NCBI RefSeq assembly: GCF_031769215.1
Contig: NW_026782299.1
Location: forward strand, 3,100,001-3,164,000
Reading direction: 5' to 3'
Origin: Ylistrum balloti
Taxonomy: Eukaryota
DNA: 64,000 nucleotides
Below, piece by piece: positions 1 to 9,638 of this stretch. The position numbers and the translations under genes were made by a program. Below the pieces are notes generated by a model. It ran no database searches. It had not been told where the DNA came from and saw nothing but the letters and a program-made list of their open reading frames with translations. How positions within the stretch are numbered: the stretch's first letter is position 1; the number at the start of each line of letters is the position of its first letter.

Positions 1-170
1 AGATACTTTTACGACGATCCAACACCAATAGTAATGGAAATAGTCGTCAAAAATTTAAACTGATGAAAGTATTAAACTATTGGGTTTATGCATCACCACG
101 TTTATTATCAACTGTTTTTATCTATAAGGACTTCTCTAAATCACTTCCTACATGTCAACACTGTAGATAT

Positions 171-1125
171 CTAGCATTATTGACGAGACCTAGCAGTACG
201 AAACAGATGTATGATATAGGATCACAGACGAGTCCTAGCATTACGAAACAGCTGAATGATATAGGATCACAGACGAGTCCTAGCAGTACGAAACAGCTGT
301 CTGATATAGGATCACAGACGAGTCCTAGCAGTACGAAACAGCTGTCTGATATAGGATCACAGACGAGTCCTAGCAGTACGAAACAGCTGAATGATATAGG
401 ATCACAGACGAGTCCTAGCAGTACGAAACAGCTGTATGATATAGGATCACTGGCGATACCTAGCAAGACAAATCAGCTGTATGATATAGCATTACTGGCG
501 AGATTCTTAGCAGGACGAAACAGCTGTCTGATATATGATCACTGGCAAGTCCTAGCAGGACCAAACATCCGTATGATGTAGCATCACTGGCGAGATTCTT
601 AGCAGGACGAAACAGCTATATGATGAAGCATCACTGGCGAGACTCGTAGCAAGACGAAACAGCTGTAGGATGTAGCATTACTGGCGAGATTCTTAGCAGG
701 ACGAAACAGCTCTATGACGTAGCATCACTAGTGAGATTCTTAGCAGGACGAAACAGCTGTAATATGTAGTATCACTGGCGAAAGTCCTAGCAGAACCAAA
801 CAGCTGTAAGATGTAGCATTCCTGACAAAACTTGAAGGACGAACCAGAAATATAATGTAGCAACACTGATGAGGACTAGAAGGATGAAACAACTGTATGA
901 TGTTGCATCACTGACGAGTCCTGGAAGGACCAACCAACTGTATGATGTAGCATCACTGATAAGACTTGAAGGACGAACCAGATATAAAAAGTAGCATCAC
1001 TAATGAATCCTAGATGGGCGAACCAAATGTATGATGTATCATCACCGACGAGTCCTAGCAAAACGGAACAGCTGTATGATATATCATAAATGACGAGTCC
1101 TAGAAGGACGAAGCAGCTGTTTGTA
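171..1125 (+). repeat. 45-bp tandem array (~21 copies) whose consensus is a minimal hammerhead ribozyme (degenerate copies)
   Basis: The 45-bp period is visible directly, and the overlapping ORF repeats a 15-aa unit (SQTSPSSTKQLSDIG). Consensus of the 3' copies is GCATCA-CTGACGA-GTCC-TAGAA-GGAC-GAA-ACAGCTGT-A-TGATGTA. This reads as stem I CATCA/TGATG, core CUGANGA, stem II GUCC/GGAC, GAAA, a palindromic stem III and a GUA cleavage triplet. No single copy has a fully intact core. Confidence 0.9.
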
Positions 1126-3219
1126 GCAGTTAGTTCATTATGTAACTATCATTTACCCTAAATTTGTATCTAAACGTTCGATATACTTGTTATCTTTGTA
1201 CTGCATTTATTCTATTTGAAAGGCACGACAAAAAATTTAAATTTTAAGATAGCAAACTCCATGATACATCAACTCTTTGATTAGACAATATCGATATATA
1301 AAGATTTATAAACTGTAATTTTTTATAAAGTTTATAATTTTGTTAATTTATACGAATATGATACAGTGACTATTAACAGAAAAAATAAGAGATAACACTC
1401 CATCTATTTCAGAAAGCTTCGCGAACATACGCTTCCTAACAATCAATACTCCATCAACACCACATAAGGAGAGATACTTCAAAAATGAAACAAGAAGAGG
1501 AAAAACAAAGAATCGAAACGAAATAAATAAGAAAATTAAATCAAAACGAAAACGTGAAAAGATAAACATTCCTCTACACAAGTATACACGAATCCATACA
1601 AAGAGGCGCAACTCTGTCTGTAAACATCGTTCAATTTAGGATTGAATCCTGTTATGATGAGGTTTATGCGGGAATGAACCTCAATAGGTCTTGGGACAAA
1701 TTTTATGAATTGTATGTCGCGGAGAGGTCCAAAATTCCCAAAGTTTGACGTTTTTGCTAAGCAGACAACACTGGATGAATAACACCAAAACGAGATTTTT
1801 TTTCCGATCAGTGTTTTTTATTATTATTATGACAGATTTGTTTTGAAATATTACATACATTTTTTTCAATAATTAAAGATTATTTTACTGTAATATTTTA
1901 ATCGAAATCACATCTGTATGAGAAGTGAAGAAATGCAAGGGAGGCAACTTCAGCTTTAGAATGGAAAATGTGTTCATACGCCATCTTCAGAGTACATTGA
2001 AAAATGACTTTAGTAGGTTCATAAAGTCCAAGTTTAGTGGAAATATAAATATTTATTATAGACTTTATAGACGCGATATATGGATAATAAATTCATGAAG
2101 TTATGTGCTTGGTGATATTATCAGGTTTATTTAAGGGCGCTCTACCCTTTTACAATCTACTTTCAAACTCTTTTGAGATCTTACACAATGATTTCATTTG
2201 CATGTGAAGACTACTTCCTGAAAATCTAAGATTTGAAATGAGTTTTTACATTACAACTGATACTTTACCACACGTTTATAACTATCACGTCCACTGGTCT
2301 CATTGGTTTTGCAATAGGAATAATCATGACAACTATTGCTTTTCTGAACACCATATACAAAAGGCAAAATGTTTTCCCTCTCGTCTCTTATCGCCATTGT
2401 TGACATTGCGATATATGTTTTATCCTCGATGCACAGAAGAGTTCCCATTCGTGCAGCATCAAATCAAGACCTCTTTGTCCATATCCCGGTAAATTACATC
2501 ACTACGATACCAGGTATCATTACCTATGTATTACAGAGGAAATTACTGTTAATATTCTTAAGAAGGAATAAACCAATATGTGTCTAGTCGTCCAAAAGAT
2601 ATGTTTTGAACTGCCACTTTATGTATTTTGACTTTTAAACTAAAGTTGATCATAACGTCTCTAAACATAAGCAATTGGGGTTTTATTGATGAAATTGCAA
2701 AATCATCGATTACTCATGTGCTAAAAATGTCCACAGAGAATTTATATAAAAAAAAGTAAACCGAAAAAATCATGAACTATATTCGGTAACAATGATTTAT
2801 CGCCTTATCGGGATAAATGACAATAGCATAAGCTAATGATTTAGTTCTAAGAAGAATTATTTATAAAAAAGGAAACCTTAAGCAGAAAAGGTCTATTTTC
2901 ATTCGATAAAACCTTTCTAATTTCATCTATAATAAATACTGAAATAAAAAAAAAATAACATATATGATTACGTGTTTACACAATACAAAAATTAATTTAC
3001 AATGGAGATGTCTGTCGCTTATGGTTTTTAGCTATACCGCATTCTACGACAGAGAATGTTCTAAAACAAGGAAACGTGTGGGACCTTTGACCATAACATG
3101 ACCACACATAATATACTGTCATGTTTTCTAGCAAAACAAATAATAAATAGAGTCTATTGAATTGGTTATACGCTTACTGATCACTTGGGTTTGTGGCTCA
3201 TTTGGATGCATAAGCCTGT

Positions 3220-6200
3220 ATGAAGATCACGGTAAGTGATGTACCCTTCTAAATGTTAAAACTCAATATGCCCTGAATGTGTTTTCTTAAAACTGCTGTA
3301 TATCAGCCTTTGGATTGAGGTTTTCCAATTTAAAAGCATATCTTATACTTACGGTCAGTCTAGATTTAAATCTCGTTTATCTTATTTGCGAACAATGAGT
3401 ATGATGTGTTGGTAGCTTGTTCAACTAGATAATAGGGTAATCAAATATCTTTAAGACTAAAAATAAATATTAAGGTAGATATGACGTGTAGATAATTTCA
3501 TCGTTGTTTAATCAAATTGTGCCGATCCATAAAAATCATAAAACATTCATGTCATGATAATACATTACTCATTGTATTAAATTTATAATCTCCCTAAACT
3601 GATTTTCATTCATTTTCCAATTTGAGCTTTTACAATATCAGACTGAAATAATGCTTGTAAATGTCTACTTCTTTTATGCCGTCAGCAAAAGCTTTCTCAT
3701 ATGTTCATTTTATTTAATTGTTATAACTCGCAGTATATTTCTTTTACATATGTATTGTAGATGACACGGCCTTTGATCTTTGTTCCGGCCTTACTGTTGG
3801 TGTTTTTAGTCATTAACATCCCAGAACCGATTAATGGATTAGTGGAGCCTATCGTTATGCCTGATATTCTCAAAGATTGCTATCAATATCGAACCCAAGT
3901 CCTCAACGTCACTGACATGCCAGCACATGAGATCAGTGCTTTTTGTATCACAAACTTTTTGTACAAAACCTACCACCTGCGACCTCAAAGACCAATAGCA
4001 AACGAGACAATTCAATATGCTCAGGAACTCTTCCGTCAAGTATTCGGGGAGGCTCAAAAACGTCGCAGAGTTAAAAGACAGTTTATCCAGAGGGTTCGAC
4101 AAGAAGTACGCGTGATGTCAAGACAGCTCTGGAACACATTTGTGACGAGAGTTAACATGCTGAAGAATCAGTTTGTGAGTTTCTTGAGAATGCAGACTCA
4201 TTGTAGTATCACATGACCAAACAATGAGAACATCGAAATTATATTTGAACAAACATATTCACACTTTGAGTTATTTTGTGTATTTTTAATACTACGATCA
4301 TAATTACTCTAATTAATTATATATAATACTTCAAATCATACGCGCATTAAGTATTTCAGCTATTGCACTCATTAATAAATTCTTATATTTACATTTGATA
4401 CGGATTTTCATTGAATATTTAAACGATTCTCCTTAAACATAATTTCGGAACAGCAGCAACCTCATTTGAAGAACCATATTGTACCGGAACGTCTGCGTCA
4501 CTATGTCATTGACAACGCCCACAATAACAAAATTGTCGAAAGAGTAAATTGTCGAATCAGTATTTTCGTTCAATGTTTAATTATCAAGTAAATCGTAAAA
4601 TATTAAAACAACGTATTCTATGTATCTTCATACTCTCCAATCGTGGCGCATGAACAGTAAAAAGAAGTGACAAGTCCGTGTATAATTAAGGAAGCCTAAT
4701 CGCCAAGCATAATGTCGATGCAAAGCACGTGTATAAATGCATCAATTTAAAGAGAGTAAAGAACACTTGACAAAATTTATCATTACCAACAGCATTTTTA
4801 CAAAACTGGTTAAGAAGACCTTTTACGAATATATATGTATAAATACTTTTCTCGGTGTATTCTCAATGATAATGTACATTTTAAATTGAATAAATGGCAA
4901 AAAGAGTAAAGACCAGAGACAAAATATTATGCAAAATTTAAAAATAAAAAATGTGTGGAATTTCTCTGAGCTATAATCCATCTTTGAACACTTTCGATAT
5001 GAATGCAATATCCAGTTTCCAGCTCATTATATAACGCTCATTTTGTTTTATGGTTCTCAGGTTGGACGGAATATAAGTCGATACGATGCCTTCGCAGATA
5101 TTCATCGATTGGTAATAGACTCGGCACACGGCGGACCAAATTTTCTTGGATGGCATGCTGTGTATTTGATATTGTAAGTAAACTTTGTTTTGTCAGACAT
5201 TATTATATGTTCATCCAGCATCAAAAGGAATGGTTCACGGAGTGATGAATCCAGCCAATAATATACACTTAGGATACCGTAATAGTGCCACCGTTATCAC
5301 GAAGCCTTCTACAGTAGAACTACAACAATTTACTGCAGAACATAATATTATATCACTTTAGCTTGTAAACACTACTTGTGGACTTTCTTTCCTTAAGTTT
5401 ACCATTACCTACATTACACCTTATCAATTCGAATAAATTATTTATGGAATTATGAAGATTTTTTTATAATTTATGATTTATATGATAACAATATCATATA
5501 CTTCAAATGTTATTTTCGTAGTTCAAATATTCAGAATATTACCAAAAGGTTTATGCACAAAAGGAAGCAATGGACAATTTCTGCAAATTAGCTATTTTGC
5601 GACATAATTGCATCTTCGAAAATGGAATGTTTGGCAATTCAAATTGAACCACATGACTGATTTACTTCATAGATATGTAAAGTACAAAGTATGTCATGTG
5701 TTCAGTACAGCAGAACTGTGCGTACTATCAACCCAATCAGTTATTAAAAGATGATAAACGAATGTTTTGTGTTGCAGATTTGAGCAAGCTATTGGAATTC
5801 CTGTACCGTATTGGGATAGCCGACTTGATTTTTACATGGAACAACCTACAGATTCAATATTATGGACCCCCGAATTTTTCGGAGAGGGGTTTGGTGCCGT
5901 GACCAATGGTCCCTTTGCCAACTGGTATACCCCGGATAACGTACCGCTTACCCGTAATATTGGAAATGCTGGAACTCTTATAAGCGACGCTAATGTCCAA
6001 TCTGTCTTAACTCGTACACGTCACAGAGAGATTGTTGAACCTAATCCAAACCCGCAATTTAGCTTGGAGATCCATCATAACGGTCCCCATGTTTGGGTTG
6101 ATGGCCAACTATCGGCAGCGGCAACAGCGGCACAGGACCCGGTGTTCTTTTTGCATCACTCGTTCGTTAACTACTTCTGGGTATTATTCCGAAGAAGACA

Positions 6201-7350
6201 AAGGTCTATTGGTATTGATCCTGCAACTGATTATCCTCCAACAAATAATCCACTTCAACAGCCTTTTAATCGCATGATTCCCTTCCAACTCAGAAACATT
6301 GATGGATACAGCAATCAGATAGAAGCTTTATCAACATACCAACCACCTCCTACCTGTCCTAGTTGCGGTGGAAGCTCTTACTTAGAATGCTTCAATAACA
6401 GATGTCGTTCTCGCGTTGGTCTTGTTCAAAGTGGCCCTGCTGCAGCTGGTTTTGCTGGTATGGGTGGTATGGGAGGGGCAGCAGCATTTACTTCACCAAC
6501 GGCTGGTGGACAGGCCAGAGCAATGCAAACTGTGGCGCAGACCGGGCCCTTACCAATTGGAAATCGATTTAATACGCCTTTCCGAGACCCTAGAACTAGA
6601 GGAGACACCATTCCTAATGCTCCTGTAAGGGATAGGGTGAGACGAAGTACATCAACAAATACTACATCAGCCAGAGCATCATCATCCAACTTCGACACTT
6701 CTCAAATAAACAAACCGTACCAAAATACATTTCTTCTGAATGGTGTAAGTGATGTGAATCGCTGGTCGTTTATACCTGTAAGAATAATTTTTGAAAGAAC
6801 CCCGAAATCAAAGTTCCAATCGTTTATCATTAAAGATGGTCATTTGATAGAGGCCAGCGACATGTTCGAGGCACAAAAATATCAAGGACTGAAAGTTGAA
6901 ATAAAAAAGAAGTTGCCAGCAACCTACAGCAAATGCCATGTTTCCGGTTCCGGTGCATCCAAGGTTTACGTTCAGACTGATGGTATTGACTATTCTGGAA
7001 GGTATAAGGACTATGCAGTGGTGGATGAGAGATTACCGATCTCATCATCTATGACCTATATTGGGGTTAAAAATCCCACTGACGGTGCAGCTCAGTTTTA
7101 TATGACCGCTTATGACTCGTGTGGACGTGTCTGTAGACCGCAATGTCTCACTAACGGAAATTACCGACCATGCTCCGGAACCTTCCGAATAACTTCGACG
7201 TATCCGAGAATGTACGGACTCTCTTATGAAGACGCAGTAAAGGGAATTTGGAAGAAAGGAAATAATCTCATGCCTGAGAGCAATGCTGGCGAAGTTCCAA
7301 TCACTTTCTTTTGTGACGCATACATGAAATGGCCGTGGGTTTTTGAATAA
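3220..7350 (+). CDS. Tyrosinase-like protein, paralog 1 (secreted type-3 copper protein, ~700 aa)
   Basis: Exons are 3220-3231 (tentative, ATGAAGATCACG|gtaagt), 3761-4174, 5061-5173 and 5778-7350. All junctions are GT-AG with consistent phases 0/0/2. It has a signal peptide (LIFVPALLLVFLVI), CuA DIH..SAHGGPNFLGWH, a PYWD motif, CuB EIHHNGPHVW..QDPVFFLHH, and a C-terminal Cys-containing domain ending WPW. Confidence 0.92.
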
Positions 7351-7813
7351 GATAAGCGAAACATTAAGTCTAAAATATAGACTAAAACTGAAATTTTACC
7401 AGAATATTAACCTACAAATATTAAAATTTCATTGGCTGTAATGAAGAGTTAATTTCAGTACATTGTTAAAGAAAGTGATAGGGTTGAAGTGCACTAGCGT
7501 TAGATATTATGTATTTAAAATATTCTTTATTTAGGTTCAGTTAAAACAATATCACCTGTGAGTTGAGCAATTTGCATAAAAAACACCTTAAATGGACATT
7601 CTATATTGATGATTATTCAAAAGTGCGAAAGACAAAACTGTTGGCAATTTATGATTTTTCCTACCCTAAGTAAGAAACATATTTTTCTTTAATTATATGT
7701 GAATTAAGAACTTCATTGTGTTATTCGGGCTAGTGCAAACTCTCACTTAATTTTTTAAAAAAAAATTCAATTGTCCTCTGTCATCTCCTAAGCTTCAAAC
7801 TTTAGGCCAAAAC

Positions 7814-7900
7814 GCATCACTGACGAGTCTTTGAATGCCAAAATAGCTGTATGATGCAGTTTAATTCATTAATTGCCTCTACTGTATCTAACCCTGAACT
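7814..7900 (+). ncRNA. Solo degenerate hammerhead-ribozyme motif with shared 3' tail
   Basis: The sequence is GCATCA CTGACGA GTCT ttgaa TGCC AAAA TAGCTG TA TGATGC, with a perfect 6-bp stem I, G12 to A, and a damaged stem II. It is followed by ttcatta..cctct..tgtatctaaccct, like the array end and the other solo copies. Probably inactive. Confidence 0.55.
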
Positions 7901-8289
7901 TGCATGAAGAAATGCAATTTACTTTTGTATCTACAGTACAATTACCATTAAGAATTATTTCATAAATAAGCATTATTTTGATTTTGGCATTAGGTCCGTA
8001 ATCTTCAACCACAGGATCGTTATAATTCTGTATCTCAACGAAATAAATATTATTACTAATTAAGAGCTTTGTTATGCATCACGTGACATTGATTACTGGT
8101 TAAGTACTAGTTTTATATAACATTTTATACCATGTCTGTCTCACAGTTCTTTCGAGTACCAAAGTGTCATAATAAAATGGATTATATTTTATCAACACCA
8201 TAATTCACACCAGGAACTGGATTCAGTTTTCCGACGGGCTGGCACCAAATTATTAGTCAGTTTACAATTTATTTTCAATTTTGAATTTC

Positions 8290-8545
8290 ATCGATGAAAC
8301 AAGAAAATACTAACAAGTGAATGTAATCGTAATCTAAACTCAAAATTCGATGAAACAGGGGCATAATATGAACAAAATAAACATTTACATGGGGACTCCT
8401 GATAAAGCTGAAATAAGACCAGGTGATCTGGATAAGTAAGCGTCGTTTGCTTTATCGACGACTCCCGCCATCTAAACCTTGGTCAATCCAAGTAAGCAAT
8501 GTCATGTCCTCAAATAAGAGCTAGGTATACAACAATGAACCTACA
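8290..8545 (-). mobile_element. 3'-terminal fragment of a Penelope-like retroelement family
   Basis: Clearly alignable by eye to 37490-37670, which lies immediately downstream of the PLE RT. Shared blocks include aaataagacca.gtgatc, cccgccat.taaaccttggtcaatccaagt and ggtatacaacaa..gaacc.acagacaaactaa. Confidence 0.6.
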
Positions 8546-9638
8546 GACAAACTAACGAGCATCAAATACGTCCAACTTCATATCGCAGAAATATATTTTT
8601 TCTCAAATTTTATGTTATACACTAACACAAAATCCTGGTTACAATTGTTTTCTGTATCAGTTAAAATCCATATCATGTTTACACTTTTCATTATGGATTC
8701 TCATAGCTTTCTGGAGTACTTGCTCCTAAAAGTCGAAAACCCCCATAATACATGGTAATATTTGGTGTTAACATGGTCTTAATCAAAACTCAAATCCGAT
8801 GAAACCAGGAATAAAAATCATTACGGTATGCGGAAATACCTGAGAAAAGTACATAGTGAATAAGTGTTATGGAAATATACATACCAAGTGTAGATTTAGT
8901 AATATCCAAAACTTTTAGTTACGAAAGTCTTTGAATTGTTCAAAATATCCCGAATTCCCTTCTATTGATTGGAATGTGAATGAAATGAGGAAGTGTAAAC
9001 GAGGCAGTCTGCGTTACATTCATAATCAGATCAGGTTAAATCCATTCGGTCTGAATTCTCAAAAGAATAAGCAGCTTGAAATTGCAATGGCCGTCTGCTC
9101 GTCTGGATGACAAAAGGGATAACACTCGATATGCAATAACTATGATAGCCTAGTAAATGACAACAAGTACGATTCAGTGTGTTTATTCAAACAAACATTT
9201 AAACATAATTTCTGTGACTATAACACTATCTACATAACTGATACATTTCCCCCAACATTCCTATTTATTTGCCTGCATTGTTCATTGTCCTTTGTCCTTC
9301 ATTAGTTTTTTTCCCGCAGAGGATATTAATCATTGAAGGCTGGGTCAATGTGTCAGAGATGTACACAAACTCATTTCTACAATATTCAAACGATTCATTA
9401 TGACATCATTTTGTGAGACCAAATGCACCATATAATGCTGTAACATATAGACTGGATACATGTTTATTATTGATTTCTAGAACAACTATAGAATAGCTAT
9501 ATACACATTTCTTAAAACTTTTATTTTAAGTCACCTGGACTACAAATTCTTTGCTCTCTTTTACATTGAAAATGTTGATTTTTCTTCATCATTTTTATTT
9601 ATTTGCTTTGGTAGCTTGAGTAACTTATTCTTCTTTGT

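Noticed and set aside
63-581. 172-aa ORF and antisense 103-aa ORF with 15-aa repeats
   Set aside because: A by-product of the 45-bp repeat (a multiple of 3 with no stops). There is no splice or domain evidence, and the conserved information is at the RNA-structure level.
171-1125. Calling the array an active ribozyme locus or a CRISPR array
   Set aside because: Each of the ~21 copies has at least one change in CUGANGA, GAAA, stem II or the cleavage site. There are no unique spacers and no cas genes, and the context is eukaryotic.
2238-2590. Possible helicase-like remnant on the minus strand (GKTFCLLY..VVMIIPI)
   Set aside because: Only a loose resemblance to RecQ motifs I/Ia, across broken frames. 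Not supportable without a profile search.
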